DNA of 33,847 bases from an uncultured archaeon (lineage in GTDB: Archaea > Thermoplasmatota > Penumbrarchaeia > JASLWR01). This document shows positions 1 to 9,836 of the stretch, piece by piece. Position numbers and translations under genes: made by a program. The stretch's first letter is position 1; each line of letters opens with the position of its first letter. The DNA lies in contig CAYFHS010000022.1 of assembly GCA_964342815.1 (NCBI GenBank), positions 1 through 33,847 on the forward strand. The letters run 5' to 3'. The notes under the pieces were generated by a model that was not told the DNA's origin, did no database searches, and saw only the letters and a list, made by a program, of their open reading frames with translations.

Positions 1-2
1 GA

Positions 3-488
3 GCGGAGAGCAATCTGAAGTTCACAATAGAGATTATTATGCCTGACCTGCTCATAATCGGCAAGATAACCTCAACTGAATTGAATGTTGGCAAGATCGC
101 ATCATTCACGGCAACCATCGGTAATATCGGTGAGCTGCCTGCTGAGAATGTTGAGATCACGCTGTACGTGGACAGGAAGGAGGTTGACACCAGGAACCTG
201 CCGCGCATCGTAGTAGGCGACAAGAAACTGGTTACCTTCGTTTGGCCCGTTAGCGAGGGTGAGCACGACGTCAAGGTGGCTGTGGATCCAAACAACGATA
301 TCGCCGAAACGGACGAGACCAATAACGTTAAATCCATGGGCAAGGATATCAATGTGGACGAAGAAGGTTCCTCGGTAATTAACGCTCTTGGAGGCTCCCC
401 GCCGCTGCTGGTGTTCATCGTTATCCTAATAGGTCTCTCCGGTGCGGCAATCGCGTACACCGTGCATCATTTCAAGCATAGATTCTGA
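3..488 (+). CDS. C-terminal part of a CARDB-domain surface protein with a C-terminal TM anchor (5'-truncated by the window edge)
   Basis: The frame is open back to position 3. CARDB signature PDLLI...TIGNIG...VAVDPNNDIAETDETNN, then a hydrophobic segment (LLVFIVILIGLSGAAIAY) and a basic tail. Confidence 0.85.
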   Translation, partial: AESNLKFTIEIIMPDLLIIGKITSTELNVGKIASFTATIGNIGELPAENVEITLYVDRKEVDTRNLPRIVVGDKKLVTFVWPVSEGEHDVKVAVDPNNDIAETDETNNVKSMGKDINVDEEGSSVINALGGSPPLLVFIVILIGLSGAAIAYTVHHFKHRF

Positions 489-546
489 GCCCTCGACCGG
501 GAACGGAAAGCAAAATATACCCATTAATTTAAACAGTGAATCAATA

Positions 547-554
547 TTTATATA
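547..554 (+). promoter_or_regulatory. Probable archaeal TATA box (TTTATATA) for the 608 gene
   Basis: TATA consensus in an AT-rich spacer about 55 nt upstream of ATG 608; SD-like AGGAAGTGATGG just before the ATG. Confidence 0.5.
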
Positions 555-607
555 TACCTGTATGCCAATCATAGTGTAAATAGAACTAGAAAAGGAAGTG
601 ATGGTCT

Positions 608-2182
608 ATGTTAAAGAACAGAAATAAACAGATTTGGATAGTAATCATGGCAGTAATGTTCCTTTTATCGTCGGGATTAGCGACGATCGGAACCGCGGAT
701 GAAACCGAGGAATCCCCCGGTAGTATCGCGGAGAAGGCCCGCGAATCCATTTCAAAGGGATTGGGATGGTTGAGGGCACAACAGATGGAAGACGGCTCAT
801 GGATGGGCGATGTCGGAATAACTGCCTTCGTTGTTTCAGCTTTTGCGAACAACGGGATCGGAGAGGACGATGAAAACGTGAAGAAAGCAGTGGATTTCGT
901 ACTCTCGAAAAGGGCAAGTGACGGCTCCTTTACTATGGGAACCAACACCGTTTACTATACGTCGGTATGTGTGGTGGGCCTTTCCTCAACACGGAACCCG
1001 GACTACAAAGATGAAGTGGAAAGCGCTATCAAGTACCTCGAGAGCGTCCGGAAGACTGCAGAGAATTCCGACGAGGAATGGTGGATCGGAGGTATCGGAT
1101 ACGGCGGAGACGGTCGACCCGACCTTTCGAACAACCAGTTTGCCATAATGGCATTCCACGCAGCTTCCACGGTTTATGATATCGATGTGGACGAGAACAT
1201 CTGGAACGATGTGGAAACATTCACCTCGAGATGTCAGAACAAAATGGATACCAATCCCGATTACGCCGCATACGACGACGGTGGGTTCATGTACTTTCCA
1301 GGATACTCCCACGCAGGAGAGGGAATATCCTACGGCAGCATGACGGCAGCAGGTGTCTGGTGCTACGTGCTGGGCGGTGTGAGTCGTGAAGATCCGCGGG
1401 TGACCGCAGCAATGGACTGGCTCGACAAAAACCATGTCTTCAATGAGAACCCCGGCATCGGCGACGCCGGATTGTACTATTACTACTGGACATATGCGAG
1501 AGCCATGACACTCTACGGCGAACCAGTAAGCGAGTGGTACAAGGACCTCGTTCCGGCAATTCTGGAGCGGCAGGCAGCCGACGGCTCCTGGGTGAACGAA
1601 AAGGACTGGTTCTGGGAGAACCTTCCGGAGCTGGCCACGGTATACGCCATAAACGCTCTCGAGACCGCTATCCTCCCCTGGACGGATGGTGTGACCATTG
1701 AGGTCGAACTTCACAGTGAAAAGAATCTTCATATACTGGACGGTGACGGGCGTCACAGCGGTGACGGTGTATTGACCCGCTCTAATGAAGCAGGTATCCC
1801 AGGTTCCACTGTTACCAAAGGTGAGGATTACACCAAGGTTGTCATCGAGAACGCCGATGCTGGTGCTTACACCATAGAAATGACCGACGGTAATGACGGT
1901 GAATACGAGCTAAAGGTCACTGTCAAGAAGGACGGCGAAACCCTGGACGAAAAAGAACTATCAGGGGACTCCAGCGAGGATGTCAAAACTATAATGGTGA
2001 TTAACAGTATATCTGCACCGGGCAGTGTATACGTGGAAGAACCCTCGGCTGGAGAAACGGGAACATACACAATTAACGCTGAGGAAGACGAAGCTTCATA
2101 CACGCCTTTCATCATTGCAGCCATTGCGGTCCTCGTTTTCCTGATAATTATAAGCCTGATTCTAGTAATGAAAAAGAAATAG
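608..2182 (+). CDS. Exported prenyltransferase/squalene-cyclase-like (alpha/alpha barrel, QW-repeat) protein with a C-terminal beta domain and TM anchor
   Basis: N-terminal signal peptide; QW-type repeats WLRAQQMEDGSW, LSKRASDGSF, ILERQAADGSW; motifs GGIGYGGDGRPDLSN, YGSMTAAG and LYYYYW; C-terminal TM followed by KKK. Confidence 0.8.
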   Translation: MLKNRNKQIWIVIMAVMFLLSSGLATIGTADETEESPGSIAEKARESISKGLGWLRAQQMEDGSWMGDVGITAFVVSAFANNGIGEDDENVKKAVDFVLSKRASDGSFTMGTNTVYYTSVCVVGLSSTRNPDYKDEVESAIKYLESVRKTAENSDEEWWIGGIGYGGDGRPDLSNNQFAIMAFHAASTVYDIDVDENIWNDVETFTSRCQNKMDTNPDYAAYDDGGFMYFPGYSHAGEGISYGSMTAAGVWCYVLGGVSREDPRVTAAMDWLDKNHVFNENPGIGDAGLYYYYWTYARAMTLYGEPVSEWYKDLVPAILERQAADGSWVNEKDWFWENLPELATVYAINALETAILPWTDGVTIEVELHSEKNLHILDGDGRHSGDGVLTRSNEAGIPGSTVTKGEDYTKVVIENADAGAYTIEMTDGNDGEYELKVTVKKDGETLDEKELSGDSSEDVKTIMVINSISAPGSVYVEEPSAGETGTYTINAEEDEASYTPFIIAAIAVLVFLIIISLILVMKKK

Positions 2183-2197
2183 ACCACAACTTCCACA

Positions 2198-2240
2198 AAA
2201 CGACCCGGAAATTTCCGGGTCGTTTAACTTTTTCTTTATT
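2198..2240 (+). terminator. Hairpin plus T-rich terminator-like element
   Basis: Perfect 13-bp inverted repeat AAACGACCCGGAA-at-TTCCGGGTCGTTT (2198-2225), 16 nt after the stop codon, followed by T-tracts. Confidence 0.75.
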
Positions 2241-2391
2241 TGTTTTTACCTGCTGAATCTTGATTCTGGATTTTTCAATTTCTTTTTTTGTCTTTCTATG
2301 TATTATGGGAGATGTCGATTAAATTGACATACCAATGTTTTTAAATATGAGGGAAATGTTATTTTATCCTATAAATCAAAGGATTGATATC

Positions 2392-4125
2392 ATGCAATTT
2401 ATGAATATAGGTTCTGGAAATAAATGTTCGATGATCAGTACTGTTTTTTTAACGGTATTCTTAGTCATGGTCGTCTTACCAGGAAGGACCGGTGCGAACG
2501 GTAGAGAGGTGACTCGAAGCGTGGACGATAATATCATTGTATGGTCTGAGAATTCCACGCATTATGTGAACAAAAAACTGCAGATAGGGACCGACGAAAC
2601 CTTGATTATCGAAGCCGGTGTGAAGGTATTTTTCAGCTATGATGGACCCTCCAACGGCAATCCCTACAGCCTCAGGATAAAGGGGAAACTTCTCGCCCTT
2701 GGTACCGAGAAAAATCCGATACATTTCACATCCAATGCAACGGACCCTGCGCCGGATGACTGGGATAAAATCAAGTTTCATAGTTCCTCCGATGACAGCA
2801 GTATAATGGAACACTGCATTATAGAATACAGCATCCAGGGGATCCAGGTGGATCGAGCGAGTCCCACTATCAGGAACAATGTCATCCGAAACATAGGAAA
2901 ATACGGGATAAAGGTCACCGGTGCAAGTTCACCCATAATCGAGAACAACACCATTAATACCAGGAACATAGGGATCCGATTGATCGAGGAACAGGGTCAG
3001 GGAACACCAAATCCGGTTATCAGGTACAACACCTTCGATAACAACAGTTACTATGCAATTCTGGTAGATTCCGGGTCGGGAACTGTCATTTCAAACAACA
3101 TTATACGGTCAAGCGGCGAGTACGGGATCTATTCTACGGTTGCCAATCCTGTGATCGAAGGAAACAGGTTCGAGAAGAATAATATCGGCATTGCTTTCAG
3201 GAACAGCAAAGGTCTATGTAAAAACAACGTGATATCCGGAAGCAAGGAATGCGGCATCTACCTGACCTACACGGATGAACTTACAATCAAGGATAACACG
3301 ATAGAGGATAACGTGATAGGGATACTTGCAGATAATTCCGCAGCTGACGTAGTGAACAACGTATTCAGGGGAGCCCAGACCAAATCCATAGATATGACGG
3401 ATTGCAACCTGACTATTACGAACAATATACACAACGGTCTTATTAGCTCTTTCAAACACGTCGTGCTGCAGGCGGTGAATAGCAATGGTTACCCGATCAA
3501 GGATACGTCCATGACCATTAGCGACGGAACAGGCACAGAAGTAATCCACAAAGAACTTGGTGAAAGCAGTATCTTTCTAATGGGACTCGATAATTACCAG
3601 ATAGATCCTTCCGGGAAAATGACGAATTACATGCCCTATAAAGTGACGGCCGAGAAGGACGGAATAAAGACCGAGAACATGATCACCGATCTTTCAATAC
3701 CCTTACAAAAGGTGGAACTGGAAAAAACATTCACACCCAAGCTTACAGTAGTCTCCCAGAAAGAATTAGGAGATACGGTGACCATCAGCGGGGAAGTAGA
3801 CTTCGATGAACTAGATACTATAGAGATGGATTGTACCGTTTTGGTAAAGGTGAAGGGAGGCGAATGGGAGGAAGCACTGGGTAAAAACCGATGGGGTTAT
3901 GTATGTGACGCAGACGATGTTACGGAAGGGGACGTATTCGAGGTGAAATTGGTAGACGGTATATCCGATCCAACCATAAAGGAGACCATTGATGTTGAAA
4001 ATGGCGATTTCGATAATATTATCCTGGTGGCACTTTGCATTGGTATAGTTATCGTGCTCGTTGTACTTTGGCTGGTCTACCGGCAGCGCGGAAGACGTGA
4101 AGAAGAGGAAAAAGAACAGCAATGA
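2392..4125 (+). CDS. Exported right-handed beta-helix (NosD/pectate-lyase-like) protein with a C-terminal TM anchor
   Basis: Signal-peptide-like segment; repeated I.NN.I..N..GI.. beta-helix units; C-terminal TM followed by RQRGRR. The ORF is open from 2335; ATG 2392 was chosen for its AAGGA upstream, so the start is uncertain. Confidence 0.8.
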   Translation: MQFMNIGSGNKCSMISTVFLTVFLVMVVLPGRTGANGREVTRSVDDNIIVWSENSTHYVNKKLQIGTDETLIIEAGVKVFFSYDGPSNGNPYSLRIKGKLLALGTEKNPIHFTSNATDPAPDDWDKIKFHSSSDDSSIMEHCIIEYSIQGIQVDRASPTIRNNVIRNIGKYGIKVTGASSPIIENNTINTRNIGIRLIEEQGQGTPNPVIRYNTFDNNSYYAILVDSGSGTVISNNIIRSSGEYGIYSTVANPVIEGNRFEKNNIGIAFRNSKGLCKNNVISGSKECGIYLTYTDELTIKDNTIEDNVIGILADNSAADVVNNVFRGAQTKSIDMTDCNLTITNNIHNGLISSFKHVVLQAVNSNGYPIKDTSMTISDGTGTEVIHKELGESSIFLMGLDNYQIDPSGKMTNYMPYKVTAEKDGIKTENMITDLSIPLQKVELEKTFTPKLTVVSQKELGDTVTISGEVDFDELDTIEMDCTVLVKVKGGEWEEALGKNRWGYVCDADDVTEGDVFEVKLVDGISDPTIKETIDVENGDFDNIILVALCIGIVIVLVVLWLVYRQRGRREEEEKEQQ

Positions 4126-4389
4126 GGAATGAGTGTATCGAGTTAAAAAAAAAACTTTCCATAAGTCAGCTGTATATCAAGTTATGCCAAGTAGCCTGGA
4201 AAATTATCTATGGGTGAGTAAGCGAAAATGGCATTATTACGACAATGTCAGAAGGTCTCAATATTTTCATCGTGTTTCTGCTGAGGAGTGAGAATGAAAC
4301 GGAAAATAATTTACACGTTCGTGCCTTAATAGTAAAATTCATATTGATAATGACAAATTTTTCAGTAAGTTATAAATCGGCAATTATTA

Positions 4390-7300
4390 TTGATAAAACG
4401 GGCGAGTGAACGAATGCTAGAAATCGGGAAACGGATGATATCAGGAATATTATTGGTGCTATTACTTTTATTAACGATATCGCCCCTTTTCACATCAGAC
4501 CAATATAATAAGCAGGATTTAAAACGGAAGGGCCTGAAGGCAAGGTCTTTGGACGAAACTCCTACAGATATTTTCATGGAAAGAACTCCTGCCGAATCAT
4601 CATGGTTAGACAACGGGATCGATGGTCAATTATATTCAACAACAAGGACACAAGAAGCCAGTGAAATCCCTTATACATTCTTTAGCCCTTTGAATTTTAC
4701 ATCCATTCACGGCAGTGGAGAATACCTATGGGCTACGGACGGCAGCGTGGTAATGAAGCTGAAAACCGGCACGAATGATGTGATGATATACGAAAAGGAT
4801 AATGGTATAACGGAACGCATTCACCGGATGGAAGGGAATTGCCACACATTGTATCTTCTCGGAGAAGAAAATCTGTTCTATTATGATTCCGTAGATGACG
4901 GGTTCCAGCGGATACCTCTTCCTGCAAACATTGTCCTGGATGAAATTACGGACTTTCATCCCTTGATATGGGAAAACGAGGATGGCGGGATGGAAAAAGG
5001 AATTGTAATGGCGGTGGAAAACAGGATTATTTTATTCCGGTTGACGAGTAAAAATAGTTTCGAAAAAATTTATGATGATAGTTTTCCCTCCCATTTCGGG
5101 AAATTCCTTTGGATGGATGGGTATTTGGGCCAAATTGTCATAGGTTTCACAGACGGTATTGCCCTGGCCACTCACGAGAAATTGATTGAATCCAGTGTCG
5201 ACCTATCCGGGGGTCTGGGAGGGATATATGATCGAGATTTCAAAGAGGACAATGTAAGTTACGAGCTAGCCGTAGCCAGGGATGGTGATATTTTCGGATA
5301 CACTTTGAGCTACAGTTACGATAACGCGAAGTTGGAGATAAACGATAACGGTACAATATGGAATGCAGGTCTCCATGAAGATTTGTCATCATTCGCTGTT
5401 GAAGGTAAAGTCGTGGTTATCGCCCTCGATGAAAGTATAGAGATTAAAAACGACAATAAAAAATTCTCAGTGATTTCTCTCGGTACGAAGCAAATCGTCA
5501 TTGTCGATCAAAGGATATTCATACTCATAAACGGTAAGTTAAATACGATAACGGGGGCTGCGTTGGAGGAGATGAATGTTAACCTGAATGCACCGGTTCC
5601 CGATATGGTAAATATTGATGGCGGTGAGAGCATACTGGTTGCCAGCAGCAACGTTTCGATCTCGGTCCTGCCAGGAGCCGTGGCCCCTGCGAGATGGATG
5701 AATGCCGATGCTATCCTTGGAAATCACCTGGAAAGACCTGTCCACTGCCTTGATCAAAGTGAGAATATATGGCTCGCCCAAACCTATTCGATCTTTAAAG
5801 GAACATTGGTAAATGAGGAGCTTACATGGAACTTTTACCATGTGAACAGCGTCTATTCTCCCCTTTCATTAAGTTCATTGAACGATAAACTGCTTATTAT
5901 GAATGCAAGCACTTTGATCATGTTCAACCAGACGACACGTACCGATGAGAAGTTTACCGAATCGGACAATAATACCGGATCATTTTTGAAATGTATATCG
6001 GATGAATATGAAAATTGTTTTTGGGTGCTCTGTGAGAACGGCATCCTGAAGATATTCCGGAATGCCAATGGGACAATGAACCAAAGCTTCTTCGGGAGAA
6101 TTTTTCTACCAGGGAATCAATTGCTCGATATTGGAACCAGCGATAATATATTGTGGATACTCACGGATACCGACGTCGGTAGATACTACAAACCCACAGA
6201 TGAGTGGTGGAACCATACTCACAATCAGGATATGCTTGAAGCCGGTCTCATTAAACTATATTCCAGGGGCCACGAGATATATCTGGGAGGAAAGGAACTG
6301 TACTACATGGATGCATGGAGCCCCATGGGATTCATGCCCATATCTTTCGGGAGTGAAAAACTTGGACGTATCATCTCTATGGACGGAAGGGATTTCCAGA
6401 AGGATAATACGGGAGAGCTATATTTACTGGGCCCCGGCGGAATAAGAATATATGATACTTCCAGAAGCAACTGGCAATCTCTTACGACCTCTAACGGATT
6501 GGCCTCAAACGATATCAGGCAGGTCACAAAGGATTCCCGAACCGGTGATGTATGGGTAGCAGCTTACGGAGGGGTAACAAAATATATTCCGTCCACTTCC
6601 ACCTTCGAGATATTGACGTCGGACGACGGTCTGCCCAATAATTTTCTGTATACGGCACATACTGATCAAAACGGCGTCTGGCTTGGTACCGACGGCGGCG
6701 GTGTATGCCGGATCACTCCCGATGGAGATTACGAGATATTAACGGTGGAGGACGGGTTGGCTGCTGATGACGTATTAAAAATAAAGAACGCTTCGGACGA
6801 CACGTACTGGTTCTGTACTGATGCGGGGTTGACCCTATACGATCACAGTAACGGCGATACCACGAACTACCGCTCACCCGAACATCTCGCAGGGGACTGG
6901 GTGTGGGACATAGATACCTTGGATGACGGAGTTTTCGTTGCTTCCGACGGAGGTATCTCAGTTCTAAATACGAAGACCGGTAAATGGCAGCGTTTCTATC
7001 ACCCACTCGATCTCCCGGATACTACCGTTTTCTCTGTAGATCTCTTCCGCTACAATTATAAAAAATATATGTGGGCCGGTACTCAGAACGGCGCAGTATG
7101 CTATGATATAAACCGTGACATCTGGACTAATATCGACGAAGAGTCCGGATTGACCGATACCAGGATAAGGGACGTTTTTTTCGATGGTGAGAAGGTCTGG
7201 CTGGCAACGGGGCAGGGTATCTCTATTTTTACTCCTGATGGTGAATTTATCCAGACTTACACGCGCCAGGACGGGCTAGTTCACAACATGGTGGAATCGT

Positions 7301-7989
7301 TCTCACTTTACGACGATGTCATGTACATCTCCACCAGCGGGGGTTTCTCCATGTTCCGGGAAGATACCATAACCAGCACGTTACTGCCCAGATTCATCCG
7401 CTCACCCGGTATCTATCCGGACATTTTCATCAAAAATTACAGCGCAGACATAACTTTGTATGAGGATGATAAAAATATGCTTACCGCGAATATTACTGTT
7501 GGCAGTGATGTTGGCGGATCATTCTACCTATACGTTTCCACGGACCGCCCCGAGAATCATTACACTGCCATTAGATCACTCTACTGTAACCCTAAGAACT
7601 CCCCTTCTGAAGGGGATGAATGGGTGTTGATACCAGTGGACCCGGGTTCCGGCAATAGGACTGCAACAATCCGGGTAATTCTGAAAACGAGAAAAGGCAT
7701 ATCTCTGGACAATGATGACGCGATTTCTGAGAATTTTCTCCGTAACATCCCGCTTTACATCATAGTTGATCCCGACGGCAGGTGGATAGAGGAGCAGGAG
7801 ACCAATAACATGTTGATAACTACTGTGGACTTGCCCGAAGATGATGGATCCAAGGATCCTGTTCCCATATCGAATAATAGCGAAAACTTCGGCAAATGGA
7901 TAGGGCTGGTTGTAATAACCGCTTTCATTATTGGATCTATTGGATATAGATTATACTCCCGGAGAAAAGGAAAGGATGACAGCCAATAA
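4390..7989 (+). CDS. Large exported beta-propeller protein with two-component-regulator-type propeller repeats, a CARDB-like domain and a TM anchor
   Basis: Seven repeats of the type (D/N)GL..N.I..I..D...VW.AT.GG in the C-terminal half; VDPDGRWIEEQETNN CARDB-like motif; TM followed by RRKGK. The start could be ATG 4414 or 4435. Confidence 0.8.
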   Translation: MIKRASERMLEIGKRMISGILLVLLLLLTISPLFTSDQYNKQDLKRKGLKARSLDETPTDIFMERTPAESSWLDNGIDGQLYSTTRTQEASEIPYTFFSPLNFTSIHGSGEYLWATDGSVVMKLKTGTNDVMIYEKDNGITERIHRMEGNCHTLYLLGEENLFYYDSVDDGFQRIPLPANIVLDEITDFHPLIWENEDGGMEKGIVMAVENRIILFRLTSKNSFEKIYDDSFPSHFGKFLWMDGYLGQIVIGFTDGIALATHEKLIESSVDLSGGLGGIYDRDFKEDNVSYELAVARDGDIFGYTLSYSYDNAKLEINDNGTIWNAGLHEDLSSFAVEGKVVVIALDESIEIKNDNKKFSVISLGTKQIVIVDQRIFILINGKLNTITGAALEEMNVNLNAPVPDMVNIDGGESILVASSNVSISVLPGAVAPARWMNADAILGNHLERPVHCLDQSENIWLAQTYSIFKGTLVNEELTWNFYHVNSVYSPLSLSSLNDKLLIMNASTLIMFNQTTRTDEKFTESDNNTGSFLKCISDEYENCFWVLCENGILKIFRNANGTMNQSFFGRIFLPGNQLLDIGTSDNILWILTDTDVGRYYKPTDEWWNHTHNQDMLEAGLIKLYSRGHEIYLGGKELYYMDAWSPMGFMPISFGSEKLGRIISMDGRDFQKDNTGELYLLGPGGIRIYDTSRSNWQSLTTSNGLASNDIRQVTKDSRTGDVWVAAYGGVTKYIPSTSTFEILTSDDGLPNNFLYTAHTDQNGVWLGTDGGGVCRITPDGDYEILTVEDGLAADDVLKIKNASDDTYWFCTDAGLTLYDHSNGDTTNYRSPEHLAGDWVWDIDTLDDGVFVASDGGISVLNTKTGKWQRFYHPLDLPDTTVFSVDLFRYNYKKYMWAGTQNGAVCYDINRDIWTNIDEESGLTDTRIRDVFFDGEKVWLATGQGISIFTPDGEFIQTYTRQDGLVHNMVESFSLYDDVMYISTSGGFSMFREDTITSTLLPRFIRSPGIYPDIFIKNYSADITLYEDDKNMLTANITVGSDVGGSFYLYVSTDRPENHYTAIRSLYCNPKNSPSEGDEWVLIPVDPGSGNRTATIRVILKTRKGISLDNDDAISENFLRNIPLYIIVDPDGRWIEEQETNNMLITTVDLPEDDGSKDPVPISNNSENFGKWIGLVVITAFIIGSIGYRLYSRRKGKDDSQ

Positions 7990-8029
7990 TTGGTAGACGA
8001 TTTTTGTTTTTTATGAATCGATATAATAA

Positions 8030-8037
8030 TTAAATAT
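8030..8037 (+). promoter_or_regulatory. Probable TATA box (TTAAATAT), likely leaderless transcript
   Basis: Lies 23-30 nt upstream of ATG 8060, the usual archaeal TATA-to-start spacing. Confidence 0.45.
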
Positions 8038-8059
8038 AATAAGTGATATACTGGACTCA

Positions 8060-9433
8060 ATGATTGGTGGGCCGACATCCATGAAAACGAGAGTTGATTT
8101 TCCTTTCATAATGACAAGCCCTTTCAGCTTTAATTCCGTAAGATCAATAAGGGCAGCAGCATTTTTTCTGGTTGTTGCATTATCGGTTACAATTACTTGT
8201 GAGCTTGTGTTTGAGAATTCCGCCTGGAATACGGATATTCGTAAGAACAAGGAGTGTATCATCCGGGAGTTCACAAGAGAGGATGAACCAGAGATGACCG
8301 CGGGAGTGACTCCGCGAGAAGGGACTAACACTACCATGTTCAATTTCACCTTAATCATTGAAGATGCCAGCGATGTGAGCTCTGTCAGATTGAAGATCCC
8401 GAATCTCCTCGATATCGGTGTTCTTGGAAAGATCGCCTCCGGAAGCAACACAACGTTCTGGTACAGAACCAGTTTTTCCGATCTCACCCACGATACATAC
8501 GCTTTCTCCTTCGAGATCAGGATCTCAACGGAAATCTATATACTTCGCGAACCTGAAATGGTTTTCACCATCTCACCCATAGTCTCCTTTGCAGTAACAC
8601 CTTTCTCCGGTGCGGAGGGAACCGTATTCACCTTCAATATGAGATACCGGGATCCCGGGGGAAACCCTCCCTCCTACGTTCTGGCATTAATAGACAATAC
8701 CAGCAATTATGAAATGATCAAGGCAACATATCCCGAGAATTTCGCGAATGGGGTCAATTACACAGTCAACTCTCTCGATATGGGGCTTGAACCCGGAATC
8801 CATACATATTATCCTCTCGTAAGTGTGAATGGAAAAAATTATTCCGAGCACGTTCGTTACAAGACATTTGTAGTGTTGGATGAAATTGAGGAAACGACCG
8901 AAGAAAAATGGTACGAGGACGAATCCTGTTTGTTCCCGCTCATCTTCATGATGATGTTGTTGCTCTTCTCAATAATAAACAACCTGATCATGAGATCCAA
9001 GATGAAGAAAAGAAGAATGGCTACCACCGGTCTATATGATGGATCGCAGGGCCTAGGCAGTAATAGATGTTCCAACTGCAATTCCTTGGTGGCAGACGAC
9101 GACACGTTCTGTCCGCACTGTGGAGAATATTTTGACGAGGAGACGGTTTGTCCGGAATGCGGAAATATGATCTCCGGTGAAGGTGCTGTCTGTGAAAAAT
9201 GTGGTACCACAGTCCAAGAAACCAAAAAAAATGAAAATATTCTGAAAAGGGAAAAATGGAAAGACGATATCAGAAAGGTCCGAGTAGATGGGAACCGGGT
9301 TCGCCGAGTAAGGAAGGCCCGCAAGACCAATACGGTCAAGGAAGAGACGAACGGTTTCATGTGTTCAATGTGCGGTGCGGCAGTTAAGGGAAGCGCCAGC
9401 AAATGTAATGAATGCGGTACCGAGCTTGAGTAA
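8060..9433 (+). CDS. Membrane protein with two Ig-like extracellular repeats, a TM helix and three cytoplasmic double-zinc-ribbon motifs
   Basis: N-terminal hydrophobic segment; repeats beginning GVTPREG..T.FNFT and AVTPFSG..TVFTF; TM LFPLIFMMMLLLFSII; three C-x2-C-x10-C-x2-C units (CSNC..CPHC, CPEC..CEKC, CSMC..CNEC). Confidence 0.8.
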   Translation: MIGGPTSMKTRVDFPFIMTSPFSFNSVRSIRAAAFFLVVALSVTITCELVFENSAWNTDIRKNKECIIREFTREDEPEMTAGVTPREGTNTTMFNFTLIIEDASDVSSVRLKIPNLLDIGVLGKIASGSNTTFWYRTSFSDLTHDTYAFSFEIRISTEIYILREPEMVFTISPIVSFAVTPFSGAEGTVFTFNMRYRDPGGNPPSYVLALIDNTSNYEMIKATYPENFANGVNYTVNSLDMGLEPGIHTYYPLVSVNGKNYSEHVRYKTFVVLDEIEETTEEKWYEDESCLFPLIFMMMLLLFSIINNLIMRSKMKKRRMATTGLYDGSQGLGSNRCSNCNSLVADDDTFCPHCGEYFDEETVCPECGNMISGEGAVCEKCGTTVQETKKNENILKREKWKDDIRKVRVDGNRVRRVRKARKTNTVKEETNGFMCSMCGAAVKGSASKCNECGTELE

Positions 9434-9449
9434 AGAACGGTGTATTATC

Positions 9450-9836
9450 ATGGATATGGAACCTGTTGCAATCTTACTTGCTTTCCTTGGATCGGTGGGG
9501 TGGGGATTTTCTGCAACGTTGTTCAAGAGGACAACGCGATATATGGGTCCGGTCCATTTTTACAATCTCGATAGAAAGAGAATAATAACACTAATGAAGA
9601 GACCCCCATTCATATCCGCCGTTATACTTAAGGCGATCTGCGGCGGCCTATATCTGGCCGCATTATCTCTCGCCGAACTGTCACTTGTCGGGCCCATGAT
9701 CGCTCTCGTATATCCCAGCCAGGCTCTTTCAGCTAGGTTCCTCATAGGCGAAACCATATCCAAGATGGATGCCGTATGTATAATTGGAGTATTCATTGGG
9801 GTTGGGCTTATAGCATCCGCGGGGGTGGGGCCTTGA
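9450..9836 (+). CDS. Small 4-TM DMT/EamA-superfamily protein (ArnE/SMR-like)
   Basis: 128 aa with four hydrophobic helices; pattern LFK...YLAALSLAELSLVGPM...ARFLIGETIS typical of DMT half-transporters. Confidence 0.75.
   Translation: MDMEPVAILLAFLGSVGWGFSATLFKRTTRYMGPVHFYNLDRKRIITLMKRPPFISAVILKAICGGLYLAALSLAELSLVGPMIALVYPSQALSARFLIGETISKMDAVCIIGVFIGVGLIASAGVGP

Noticed and set aside
986-1756. 256-aa minus-strand ORF, and the many other short antisense or alternate-frame ORFs in the track
   Set aside because: They lie fully inside well-supported genes and have no recognisable motifs; they are shadow ORFs.
608-2182. Calling this a squalene-hopene cyclase (hopanoid synthesis)
   Set aside because: No DXDD motif, only a single barrel, and exported topology.
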